The notes beneath the pieces were generated by a model, which worked only from the letters and a program-made list of their open reading frames with translations, made no database searches and was not told the origin of the DNA. DNA of 64,000 nt, taken from contig OZ024742.1 of the NCBI GenBank assembly GCA_964016885.1, forward strand, positions 138,198,001 to 138,262,000, given 5' to 3'. This document shows positions 25,205 to 38,410 of this stretch, in pieces. The position numbers were made by a program, and so were the translations under genes. Source of the stretch: Eledone cirrhosa. Taxonomy: Eukaryota. Every line of letters begins with the position of its first letter. Positions within the stretch are counted from its first letter, which is position 1.

Positions 25205-25391
25205 AACCAGTAAGACCCCGACAGCTGAGCTCAAGCCGTTTCGACGGCTAATTCAGTCCAGAATTAGCCGTCGAAACGGCTTGAGCTCAGCTGTCGGGGT
25301 CTTACTGGTTCCTATTACCCACTCTACTACCTCAAGTATTGAGTACTTTGGTGCGTTATTGTCCACCTGGTTCCTTACCACATTTCCTTCG

Positions 25392-25394
<3 letters not shown>
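25200..25394 (+). mobile_element. Family Z: (TA)n-embedded palindromic non-autonomous element with a hammerhead 3' half
   Basis: Arms 25200-25253 and 25261-25315; GAAAC-GGCTTGAGCTCAGCT-GTC; 3' end TTCCTTCGTT(AT)n. Confidence 0.8.
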
Positions 25395-25449
<55 letters not shown>

Positions 25450-25764
25450 GTATGTATTATGTATGTATATACATACATAAATATGTGTGCCTGTGCCTTA
25501 TAGGTAGATGAATACATAAATGGTTAGATTTACATTCATAAATGAGAGACTGTTGAATGAGGTATAGATATAAATGATAAAAGGAACAACATTAGAAATT
25601 AATATATATAGAGTAAATATTAATAAAATGACAAGCTCTTCTGGAATTTCTTATATAAATGTGTAGTTAAATCTGACAAAAGTATAGCTGAACGGTGACT
25701 AATACACCTCACCAATTCAGGTCTATATTTATAAATTATACATAACATTCTATTACGCTAACAA

Positions 25765-25814
<50 letters not shown>

Positions 25815-25970
25815 AACAGTGCAGGTTTACTTAAGCATATAATAATCATTTATGAATCTAGTTTCCAGATTGTATTTATGAGCAATATGAAAATGCTTAA
25901 ATATGAAAACTCAATACGTCACTTTAAATTAGATAATTTCATCTGTTCATGTAATATTTATGCCGCGTTT

Positions 25971-26064
<94 letters not shown>

Positions 26065-26166
26065 ATATATATAATATATATACATATATACATATATATA
26101 TATATACACGCACGCACCACGCACACAGAGACACACGTACATATACACACACACATATATACACAC

Positions 26167-26217
<51 letters not shown>

Positions 26218-26350
26218 AGTATAGTTATCTTCAACTCGGTTTCCTTCAACGAAACCCTGTTGTAGATAATTATACAATAATATTCTAGCTCTATATATTA
26301 CATAAGGCGCCCTATTTCCTTTATGTGTTCTGCGGAATTATTCACCATTA

Positions 26351-26389
<39 letters not shown>

Positions 26390-26951
26390 TACAAGGTTCT
26401 GCGTCACTCACAAAGATAGTTAAAGAGCCAAATACCTGTTGATAACGTGATATTCCTTGTTCGATCTTGATGCTGAAAGTTTATAGTTTTAAGCAGACAG
26501 TATTATTGATTTCGGTGTCATAGAAAACCCTGCATTTGGATTTTACCATCATTTCCCCTTGGGTCCAGGTCTGTTTATATCATTTATTTTGTTTGGCCTG
26601 TTTAGCTTGACTTGTTTTTTGGCTTAGGTGATTAATGCCTTCTTGACCACTTTTCAGTATGTATGGCGTTTTAACATATTGTTTAGCTCTAGTTTTTCTT
26701 AACTATTGGAGCGCTTGCCAGCATTTCTACGATTTTGCGTTTCGTTTCGCTTTTTCTACCAGCCGAAATACGATTCTCGCTGAATATATATTTATATATA
26801 AATATATATATATAATATATATATATGTGTGTCTGTGTGTGTGTATCTGTGTGCGTGTGTGTGTGCGCGTTCGTGCGTGAGCGTGTGTGTTTGTATGTAT
26901 AAAAAAATACGATCACCAGTCATATGCATACACACACATACACACTCACAT

Positions 26952-27043
<92 letters not shown>

Positions 27044-27270
27044 ACTCACATACGCACACACACACACACACACACGTATATATATATGTATATATACATA
27101 CATACATAATTCATACATTGAGAGACAGGGTCTAAAAATATTGGTTGCCAGGATGAGATGAAGGGACACACTTACAACTACTATGCTATCATTCAATTTT
27201 TATAACAAATAAATAAAATCAAAAAAATTCTTCTCTATTTCTGTGTATGCAAATGACTGTAAAATTGTAA

Positions 27271-28280
27271 ACCACAGCTAGAGTTTCAAAGGCCATTGGT
27301 GCTTTATCACAGCAAAGCCGAAGGAAGATACAGCCACAGAGCCAGAGCTAGAGCTTCCAAGGCGAGCGGTGCTTTATGACAGCGAAGCCCTAGGAAGATA
27401 TAGCCACAGAGCCAGAGCTAGAGCTTCTAAGGCCAGCAGTGCTTTATGACAGCGAAGCCCTAGGAAGATATAGCCACAGAGCCAGAGCTAGAGCTTCTAA
27501 GGCGTGCGGTGCTTTATCACAGCAAAGCCCTAGGAAGATATAGCCACAGAGCCAGAGCTAGAGCTTCCAAGGCGAGCGGTGCTTTATGACAGCGAAGCCC
27601 TAGGAAGATATAGCCACAGAGCCAGAGCTAGAGCTTCTAAGGCGTGCGGTGCTTTATCACAGCAAAGCCCTAGGAAGATATAGCCACAGAGCCAGAGCTA
27701 GAGCTTCCAAGGCGAGCGGTGCTTTATGACAGCGAAGCCCTAGGAAGATATAGCCACAGAGCCAGAGCTAGAGCTTCTAAGGCGTGCGGTGCTTTATCAC
27801 AGCAAAGCCCTAGGAAGATATAGCCACAGAGCCAGAGCTAGAGCTTCCAAGGCGAGCGGTGCTTTATGACAGCGAAGCCCTAGGAAGATATAGCCACAGA
27901 GCCAGAGCTAGAGCTTCCAAGGCCAGCAGTGCTTTATGACAGCGAAGCCCTAGGAAGATATAGCCACAGAGCCAGAGCTAGAGCTTCCAAGGCCAGCAGT
28001 GCTTTATCACAGCGAAGCCCTAGGAAGATATAGCCACAGAGCCAGAGCTAGAGCTTCCAAGGCGAGCGGTGCTTTATGACAGCGAAGCCCTAGGAAGATA
28101 TAGCCACAGAGCCAGAGCTAGAGCTTCCAAGGCGAGCGGTGCTTTATGACAGCGAAGCCCTAGGAAGATATAGCCACAGAGCCAGAGCTAGAGCTTGCAA
28201 GGCCAGCAGTGCTTTATGACAGCGAAGCCCAAGGAAAATACAGTCACAGAAACACAGCTAGAGCTTCCAAGGCGAGCGGT
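27271..28280. repeat. 70-bp minisatellite, about 14 copies
   Basis: Unit GGCGAGCGGTGCTTTATGACAGCGAAGCCCTAGGAAGATATAGCCACAGAGCCAGAGCTAGAGCTTCCAA recurs at 27291, 27361 ... 28271. Confidence 0.97.
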
Positions 28281-28410
28281 TCTTCTTCTACATTTTACCT
28301 CCTAGATGGTAAACATATTTTACATCGTTGGATACCGTGTTCGGTTATTCTATGAAATATCAAAGTCTAATATTTACTTTTATTTATTTATCTAATTTCT
28401 ACAATTAACT

Positions 28411-28543
<133 letters not shown>

Positions 28544-29133
28544 TTATATATGTATATGTATATGCAGACTTAATGATTAATTGATTAATTTAATAAGACA
28601 ATTCTATTGATTGGTTAATTATTAGTGTTTGTTTAATAACGTCTGGTCGTGAGCTTTATTCGGTTTGTGAAAAGGAATTTATTCCTTTGTTCAAAATTTG
28701 AATTTTGACCGCCAAAAACCGGGGGTTACTTCCCTTTTGGGAAAAACATGTGACCGCCAGCAGTGTTTACTGCTAAAATTCACTACCGGCGCGGCTGAGA
28801 ATGGATACCTGTTGAGAAAGTGAATCCTCTGTTCGATCTCCGAAAACCAATAATCTGCATGCCCTGCAAGGGATTTCGGATTTCACAGAAGCCTAGCGGA
28901 TATATTGCATAATATCGACGCGATGGTCGAGGTTTGTTAAATTATCCTGAGTCATTTTTCTCGTTGCTTTAGTCCCTGCGGCTGGCTTACCGGTCGCAAT
29001 CTTCAATTTGCAAAGTTGTCTAAACGTAATGTTATTACTCTAAGGTAAAATACTTTATTGAGTGCTTAGCTGCACATTCCGATTGCATTCATTAGCTTAG
29101 CTGCAGCCAGAACTTTGATTATGCTGTACTTCC

Positions 29134-29166
<33 letters not shown>

Positions 29167-29167
<1 letters not shown>

Positions 29168-30648
29168 GTGCGACGCACCAAGTTACCGGTGCACTTTTAC
29201 AACACGCCATCGGCTCCGGACGCCCTAGACCGCTTCCTTGACCTGGGCCGACGACTAACACATTGGCCGCTAGCACCCGGACAGTTCAGCACACTGGACA
29301 CCTTCGTTGATACCAACCGTAACGCAGTAAACTGATTCGACTTCCACCACCGCTCCAAACGGAGCAACTTCACTCGAGATGAACTCCTCGCTCTCCGCTC
29401 CCTCGGTAACCATGATGAGATCGTCTTCAAACTGGCGGAAAAGAGAGGCCCGTGGCGGTGCGGTGCACTGACCTCTACACGTCTAATGCCCTCAGGCAAC
29501 TCCCTCATCTACCGCCCCCTACCCCTGACCTCACCCCCACTACCACCAACAAGTTTCCTCCGCCCTCCAACACTTCGTCTCTTCCTCCCTTCTACCTCCC
29601 ACCGCCTCCCACCTCATCGTCCGGACCCCCTGCATCCCCACCATCTACTTCCTCCCCAAATCCCCAAATCCGACACCCCGGCCGCCTCCATCTCTCCGCC
29701 TGCAACTGCCCTACCGAACTAATCTTTGCCTTCTTCGACCCCATCATCGGCTCCTTGTCACCACCCTCCCCTCCCACATTTCCAACACCAACCACGCCGT
29801 CCGTCTTTTCGACTCCTCCACCTTTCCAGCCGGAACACTTGCCCTCCTCTTCATCCGTGCCATAAAATCACTTTACACCGTCATCCCCACACCGAAGGCC
29901 TACGCGCCCTCCAACCCTACCTAGATCTTCTCCCCTCCGCCGTCCCTCCACCCCCCAACCCTCCGCCTCGCCGAGCTGGTCCTCACCCCTAACTGCTTCT
30001 TCTTCTCGAGTGAATTTTACCAGCAAGTCACTGTGGTAGCCATCGGCACAAGAATGGGCCCCATCTACACCAACCTTTTCATTGGTGAAGTTGAGGTCCA
30101 GATATTTGACCAATACACTGGTCCCAGCGCCGAACTATACGTTCGTTATATTGACGACTATATTGGTGCCACGACTCTCACCCGCGAACACCGCGGACAT
30201 CTCCGTCGCCAGCAACCCTTCCATCACTGACTCATCACCTCCGCTTTTTTCAAACCTACGGACTCCCACTCCTATCTCAACTTTAGCTCCTTCCACCAAA
30301 AACTCACACCAAAAACTCCATTCCCTACTCCCAACTTCTCTGGATCCGCCGCCTTTGCAGCTGAGATGCGGACTTTGAAAACCAGGCCCTTTCCCTGGAC
30401 CGTCATTTCACCAGGAGGGGTTAATTGTCCACGCCACCCTCACCGGCGCCCGCGCCGTCCACTGCTCTTCCACTCGAGCCCCACGCCCACATCCCCACCC
30501 ACTGTATCCCTTCCCTCTCAACTAACACCCCGCCACCCTACCCCTCCAACGAACCATCCTACGTCTCTTCGGACGCCTCCAGTCAGACCCCTCCATCACA
30601 CCCGAACCCCCCTCTTCAAACGTGCATGCAACCTCCACAACCTGCGAT
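29167..30648 (+). pseudogene. Penelope-like element reverse transcriptase relic (Neptune-like), heavily frameshifted
   Basis: HPGRLHLSACNCPTELI, SLYTVIPH, VAIGTRMGPIYTNLF, YVRYIDD, KPTDSHSYL; (TA)n at the 5' flank. Confidence 0.85.
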
Positions 30649-31921
30649 AGATATATCATCGGCAAAGCTTTAATCGGGTCGTTGGTTTACAAACGAATGG
30701 AATATTATTATTAATGCTCGATATAACCCATACGTACATATGTATATGTATATATATATATATATATGTGTGTACGTATGCAGACTTACCCCCCCCCCCC
30801 CCCCCCACACACACACACAGACATATATATGTATATATATACTCGGTCCCATGTAAAGTTGACCCTAGTATGCTTAATTGTTGTATTTGTTTGTTTTTCT
30901 TTATCTTTTTTATTCTTTCTCCAGGACCTTTTTCTTTGAAAGCAACGTTTTATGTTATGGCGCCCAAAGTACTACCGTGTCCCCCCCGAGGACCTCACTT
31001 GCCATCAGACAAGCTGACGACCTGGCCAGTGCACCAGTGTATATATATATGTGTGTGTGTGTAGATGCATCTGAACATGTATATATTTACATCTATATTT
31101 GTTACACTCATCTAGGTATTGTTGATTTGTGCATATGAAACACAAATATATAAATACACAAGAGAACCCTGGAATCAAGCACAGACATTACACGCATGCA
31201 TAAACCTCTGCATAGATATTATATACACAATAAGTTCTTTACATATTATTTAAGCAATTGTCTGGTTATTGTGTCAATAAATACTGGTCAGACACACTGC
31301 CATTAACAAACACAATTGAACTATCTGCTCTGACACGGAAGAATTTGATTTGTTTGTTGACGTCATTGTGTGATTCATCAGATACGACAGGCAGCTTAAA
31401 CCGTATTACCATATACTGTAGAAAACACAGGAAGCAACGCTCTCACACATCATACACAGCATTTGGAAATAGACAATTGTTCAGTAAATATGAAATAAAT
31501 CTATTGTCTTTGCTTCCAAATCTTTACAGCATTGAATCGTGTACTTAGTTCACGATCAAGTAATTATGTCCGGTAAGGTGTATTTCATTTTGTATATCTT
31601 GTACCAATGAAAGAACGGAAATTTCGTTTGATTTGTAACCTTGCAGAAGAGAGTGCAAAATATCAAAATAAAAAATAGCAGTTAGTTAAAGCAAACGAAA
31701 TACACAGGGGAATAAATCAACAACAAAATGACCGAGCTGAGATATTATATCTCTAGCTCTTGGTAAGCACTTGTCTTCCTCTATATTTAATATTACAATA
31801 TGTTGTTTTATTTTTGAATAGATAATCATTTATTTGCGCTTGTTGGTGTGTTTACGTATGCGAATATACATCTGATAATTGATTATTATGAATCAGCCTC
31901 CCCTCTCTCTCTCTTTCTCTC

Positions 31922-31983
<62 letters not shown>

Positions 31984-32010
31984 ATATATATATATACATA
32001 CAAACACACA

Positions 32011-32060
<50 letters not shown>

Positions 32061-32370
32061 AAGAGTGACAATTACAGATATATACATATATGAGTTCAAA
32101 TCGAGCTATTTTATTTATAAGGGACTATCGTGAGTTTTCAACTCAATATATACTTTTGATATATATCTATATATATATATATATATATATCAATAATATT
32201 AATAAATGGACTTCAGAAAAATCCCGTAGAGTGCTTCGATCCTGTTATAAATAAATTTGTTGAATAACCAACAAATTAAATAACTCTTTGATCATATATA
32301 TATATTGACAAGATGAGAGAACATAGATAAGAAAAAAATAGGGAGAAAAATCATTCGTAAGTATTCAGTC

Positions 32371-32432
<62 letters not shown>

Positions 32433-32544
32433 GACCGGCTGAATACTCACGTGTGATTTTTTGTCCCTAATATTTTTCTCTTATCTTTCCCCGTTCTTTC
32501 ATCTTGTCACTCTTTACTTTCTATTTATCTTCTATTTCTACCTC

Positions 32545-32585
32545 TATTTTCTGATGAAGGACTAGTGTCGGAAACGTGAAGACTC
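32545..32585 (+). ncRNA. Degenerate minimal hammerhead motif
   Basis: CTGATGA-AGGACTAGTGTCG-GAAAC-GTG; stems imperfect; follows an inverted repeat at 32305-32510. Confidence 0.4.
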
Positions 32586-33052
32586 TCTCCCAGCCATTTA
32601 AAGCGTCGATATATATATACATACACTTTTACTCTTTTACCTGTTCCAGCCATCTGGCTGAGGCCATGCTGGGGCGCCGCCCTTATATATATGTATTGTG
32701 AGAGTAAATAAATGTATGGGTAGATTGGTAAGTAGATAAATATGCAAATTACGCACATTAGTGTGTTCAGATGTGTGTGTGTGAATGGGTGCGTTTGGGT
32801 GCATTTGTTTTTGTTGATAAATACCAGTGTATGCATGTATTTGCGTACAATTATGAAGCTAATTTTTGTACGCCTATGTATTTATGTTTTTCACTTCTCT
32901 ACATTTGTTTAAATCGCAAGGGATTGATTATGGTCAAGATATCTAGATGATGTGTTTATAAAAGAAATTCATGATCGTCGTATAAAAGAAATTCATGATC
33001 ATTATTGTCAATTTTCTCGTCGTCCATAACATTAACATCGCCATGAACAAAT

Positions 33053-33306
33053 GGTTTCTTATTTAGGGGGAGGAGAAAGTCGATTAAATTGACCTCAGTG
33101 CGTTACTGGTACTTTATTTTATCCACCCCGTAAGGATCAATGGCAAAGTTAACCTCAACGGGATTTGAATTCAGATCATAAATGGCTGTAACTCTGTGAT
33201 CTGAGTTCAAATCCCGTCGTTCAAATACCAGTCACGCACTGGGTTCGATTTAATCGACTTTTCCCCTGCCCCAAATTTGCTGGCCTCGTGCCTAAATAGG
33301 AAACCA
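33053..33306. mobile_element. Two partial SINE copies in inverted arrangement
   Basis: 33053-33190 (minus) and 33193-33306 (plus, B-box GAGTTCAAATCCC, (ATT)n tail). Confidence 0.7.
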
Positions 33307-34066
33307 TTATTATTATTGCCAGTACCACCACCATCCTCATCCTCCGCCTCTTCCTCGTCATCATCATTAAAAGCAGCAGACTTATAATCGCCGTCATCGA
33401 TATTGTCATTGCTGTTGACATCAGGTCATGGTTGTTATCATATAACATATAAACACTTTCAACAAACCACACAAAACATTTCCACTTCTACATTGCAGCC
33501 CATGATGAAAAAAATAGAAAAAAAACAGAAAAAACATCATATCCACCGAGCATAATACAAGTTTTAGCAAGACTGAAATATCAACGCGTTACTAATAGAC
33601 TCTATCAACACAGTGATTTAGACAACCGGATATTGCCAATAAATCTTAGAGTTGCGCATGTCAATGTTCACAGTTATATTAAGAACGGTGAGTGCTGATT
33701 TTTGGCGTGAATGTGATTATAAAGCCGATGCCAAATTTAACGCGTTAAAAATATAACAATTTCTTCGAAATAAATTAATATATGGAAAGTGTGAAAATTG
33801 TATATATACGGCGATCTGCGTAACATTTCAATAGGTTGAGTATTCATTATCGGCAATACACACACACGTATATATATATGAATATATATTAATAAAAGGA
33901 ATTCCAACTTTGTCTGATTTACTCGTTTTATTTACAATCCTTTAAAATTATAATGATATTATAATGAAATAGTATGGTATTAGTAATTTCATGCTTTCGC
34001 AATCCTCTTGTTCATATTCAGTGCTGACAGTCAAGTTTGCAATTTTCAACTGACTGAATATATATA

Positions 34067-34130
<64 letters not shown>

Positions 34131-34133
<3 letters not shown>

Positions 34134-36064
34134 TTGCTCCCAAATACAGGAAGTCCTCAACCAATTCCAGCGGCTTCCCGCCTACATTAGTGATCCCCTC
34201 TGGCTTCTCAACATTCTCTACCAGATATTTTGTTTTAGTCTCATTCATTCTCAGCCCCACACTCATCGACACAGTCTCAACCTCCCGCATCAAATCCTCT
34301 GCCTCCTTCACTGTATTTGTCACCAAAACTATGTCGTCGGCAAATTCAGCATCCGATACCTTTTTCGCCCAACTCTCCTGCTCTAAGCCGGTGCTACAGT
34401 AAAGCCAGAGTCCTGGTGTTTCTCCAGTGCAAGGCGCATACAATAGTCCACTACGATGATAAAAAGGTAGGGAGCCAATGTATCTCCCTGGAGCACTCCA
34501 GCCAGTATCTCAAAGAACTCTGTCATCCCATCAGGTGTAATGACTTGGGCTTTGGTGTTGGTGTAGAGCAGTGATATCAGGTCCACTATCCTCTTGGGGA
34601 TTCCATAAGCCTGTAAGATCTTCATCAGGCAGTAACGGTCCACAGAATCAAAGGCCTTCCTAAAGTCAATGAAAACCATGACCGCAGGAAGGCACTTTGC
34701 TCTAGCTCCCTCTAATATCCTCCTCAGCATCAGGATGTGACTGGTGGTTGATCTACCCTCTCTGAAGCCGTTCTGGTTGTCCCTGAGCTTCTTCTCCATC
34801 TCAGGCTGGATCCTGTTAAGAATCATCCTGTTGAGGGTCTTTGCCACAAGTGACGTCAGTGAGATCCCCCGGTAGTTGTTGGTGTTAGAGAGATCTCCCT
34901 TCTTTGGCACTGGGACGATGTTACTGATCCTCCACTGATTCGGGGCAACTCCTTTCTCCAGTGCCCCGTTACAGAACCTCAGGATGATATCATCAAAATC
35001 ACACCTCTTCATCACCGCTGATGCCACTCCATCTTCTCCATGAGCCTTGCCCTCCTTGATCTTCTTCTTGGCTCTCTGAAGCTCCTCTCTGGTGAAGGGT
35101 TCTGTCTCAACATCCAGTTCCTCAAACAGCCGCCTGATCTCCCCAGTGCTCTGGGCTGTGGAGGGTGGCTCTCCTAGTAGGGTCCTAAAATGGTCTAGCC
35201 ATTTCCTCTTCCTATCCTCGGGTCCCGTTCCCTGGATCTGACTCGAACACCTTTTCTTCCTCCCTGTGATCTCGTTGATGATCATCCAGCTCTCCTTACA
35301 TCCAGATCTGTCAACCGCTCTCTCCACACTTCTGATCTTCTCTATCAGTGCCTCCTCTCTGACCTCAGTGTAAGCGGTACAGAGCTCTTCCCTCATCACC
35401 TCCACAGTCTCCATCCTCTCCTCCGTAGGATCAGCATAGAATTGGTCCCTGGCAGCTTTTAGGTGTTCTCTGGCTGCACACACTTTTGGGTTTGCAGAGC
35501 TGACGTGCTTCCCTTTGTTCTTTTTCCTCGGAAGATGATGTGGTTGAGAGGAAGAGCAAGGCCTGGGCGGCGTGTCACAGCTTGAGATCGGTGTGGAAGT
35601 CGGACCTTCATAGAGACCTGAAAATCCGCCTCTTCATTGCTGTAGTGGAGTCTGTGCTGCTGTATGGGTCTGAGACTTGGACACTGACCAAGAGACTCAC
35701 TCAGATGGTGGATGGGTGCTACACGAGAATGCTGAGGATGGCTCTGAACATTAATCAGTATACACTGAGGATGAAAAACTCAGAGCTGTATGGGAGCATC
35801 CCAAAAGTCAGCTCAAAAGTGACACAGAGGAGACTGAGGTTGGCTGGACATGCTCACCGACATCCAGAGTTGACATTGCACTCAGTGCTCCTTAGGGAGC
35901 CCCTACATGGACACACTAGAAGAGGAAGACCAAGGTTAACATATGTTGATGCCCTAAGGACAGACACTGGTCTGTTGGAGATGCAGGATATGGCAGCGAT
36001 AATGAGGGACAGCGACCGCTGGAGAGAACTCGTCCATGGATCTCGGGAATTTTACCCGCCTTAG
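34131..36064 (+). mobile_element. RTE-like LINE with inverted 5' portion, in (TA)n
   Basis: Minus 34131-35538: NYRGISL, FIDFRKAFD, QGDTLAPYLF, FADD, FLYLG. Plus 35540-36064: LYGSETWTL, RLRLAGH, RRGRPR. No cysteine knuckle or RLE. Confidence 0.88.
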
Positions 36065-36187
36065 ATAGATATATATATATATATGTACATATAATGAGAA
36101 TAACAAGGGCGGCTGTATAATGGTTTATTTACAGTATTAACAATACATAATATATATATATATATAAAAATATATATATATATATAA

Positions 36188-36372
36188 TTGTTTCTACTTT
36201 AGGCACAAGGCCAGCAATTATCCAGTGCATTACTGGTACTTTATTTTATCGACCCCGCAAGGATGAAAGGCAAAGTCAACCTCGGCGGGATTTGAACTCA
36301 GATCGTAAAGGGACGTAACTATGCTGGAAAGCATGGCGTCCGACCCTCTACCGATACTGCCAATCCACCGCC
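36188..36372 (-). mobile_element. tRNA-derived SINE
   Basis: GGCGGTGGATTGGCAGTATCGG (A box), GAGTTCAAATCCC (B box), conserved core and 3' end. Confidence 0.85.
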
Positions 36373-36490
36373 TATATATATATATATAATATAGTATATA
36401 TATATATATATTTACATACATACTCATATATTAATACATATATACATATATGCATACATACATATATACACATATACATACATATATATA

Positions 36491-37085
36491 TGGTGACTGC
36501 CAACTCGTTTTCGAGTACGGCCACTACTTTATATCCATGTAGGAGAACTCCTACCGATGGGCTGAACGAGTTTGACTTTTTAGTCCAGCCAGCCACTTGA
36601 AAACTCTGGTACAAACACCTACACTTGTGACAATTATTGACACATAGTGCTGGGCCCATGGTACCATGTGACGACAATTGCAGAGAGATCTCCAGATATA
36701 AAGCAATGGCTGTGCCGTGAAGCTTTTATAATGAGCAAAGGCACTGCACAAAGCCAGTCCCACTCTCTTAACCAAGATGATATTTACCAAAAAGAAGAAC
36801 AAGTCAACATAATTGGATACCATCAGAGTTGCAGGTGTTATATCAGAGTTTTCCTTCTCCTAGAATTCTGCCTTGACAAAGGCTAAGGGGTCATCTCTCC
36901 CGGTGATTTTGGATGGCCATTGACTCTTAAGAGCTCCTTTGCCCTTTGACAGGTTTTGTTTTTAGTCCTGCAGGATGTCCAAAGTCACCCTCCTCACCAA
37001 GAAACCTTGGTGGGGTTGCCAGTTTAGTCGCCAACGACCCGACCATGAGACAGGTTGTACTGGGATACTTGTTACCAGTAGCACC
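36491..37085 (-). mobile_element. ~600-bp non-autonomous repeat with RTE-like 5'UTR motifs, in (TA)/(TACA)n
   Basis: GTCGTTGGCGACTAAA and CTAGGAGAAGGAAAACTCTG motifs; partial copies at 37883-38290, 40441-40759, 55828-56172 and 56438-56775. Confidence 0.7.
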
Positions 37086-37319
37086 GTATATATATACATA
37101 TATATATATACATACATACATACACACACATATATTAATACATTCATACGTACATACATATATACATGTATATACATATATACATGTATACATGTATATA
37201 CATATATATACATGTATATACATATATATGTACGTTTGTACGTGCGTATGTATGGATGTATATATGTATATATCTATCTATCTATGTATGTATTAATATG
37301 TGTGTATGTATGTATGCTC

Positions 37320-37850
37320 GTCTGAGTTTATTATTCTATGTTTTCTTTTAAAGAGAGAGAGAGCCGGTTTCTAACATTGGAATGTAAACATCAACTAGGT
37401 AAATAGGAAAGTATGTCAGCATGCATTTGTGAGTGTGCGACTGTGTATGTCAGGATGTGTGTGTGGATGATATTGCATGTGTGGATTTGTATATTTTGAT
37501 TTATATGTGTTCGCGTTCATATGTTTCTGTGTCTGTAAATGTGTATATGCAGTTATTAGATGCAGAATTTTTGGAATGTTTTACATATTTTTACTGTTCC
37601 ATTAATGGATTGTACTTGTAATTTCCTAATTAGTCGTGTTCTTTCTGTTTCTGTGAAGCATAGATTCTCAAGATGTGTATTGAGGCAGTTACTAACATAT
37701 CCCAGTGCCCCAATAATCACAGGCATAAATCTGACGGTGTAATCAGGGTGGAGTATCTGCAGATTTCTCATTAGTTCTGCATAAATATTCTCCTTTTCGC
37801 AAATCTTTGATATTATATTGGTATCTGCTGGGCAGCTAACTTCCACTACT
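37320..37850 (-). mobile_element. 3' fragment of a third RLE (R4/Dong-like) retrotransposon in (CATA)n
   Basis: VVEVSCP..KENIY..PVIIGALG..ICKTF in ORF 37556-38068; (CATA)n on both sides. Confidence 0.78.
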
Positions 37851-38410
37851 GTGTATATATGTATGTATGTATGTATGTATGTCGGGTCACTCTTGAGTGC
37901 TACAGGTAACATGTAACCCAGTACAACCTGTCGCATGGTCGGATCGTTGGCGACTAAACCGGCAACCCCACCAAGTTTACTTGGTGAGGAGGGTGATTTT
38001 GGACACCCTGCAGAACAAAAAACAAAACCTGCCAAAGGGCGGAAGAACTCATAAGTGTCATCGGCCATTTAAAAGTGTGTAAATATGTATATAGACATGT
38101 ACATATGTATGTATCTACATGGGTCCATGTGTATGTATATGCACAGAAATAGTCGGGCTGGACACCCGATCGCACGGTTAAACCACTGCGAGTGAAGGAC
38201 CCCTAGCCTTTGTCAGGGCATTCTTCTAGGAGAGCGCAACTCAGGAAACTGGGATAACTCCAATATAAAATCTGCGGCTCAGTAGTTATCGATGATGTTG
38301 ATCTTTTTTTCTTTTCGGGTTATAGAGTGGGATTGGCTCAGTGCACAGTCTTACCTCACTTTAAAAAATATCTTCACGCACAGTCATTGCACGATAGAAT
38401 GAATTAATAA

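Noticed and set aside
27271-28280. CRISPR-like array
   Set aside because: Whole units repeat with no unique spacers, no cas genes, eukaryotic context
36290-36372. tRNA gene
   Set aside because: A/B boxes belong to the SINE head; no cloverleaf, and the SINE body follows
37015-37085. HDV or twister ribozyme at the 5' end of the RTE-like non-autonomous family
   Set aside because: Hairpins are present but the required core and P1 pairing were not found by eye
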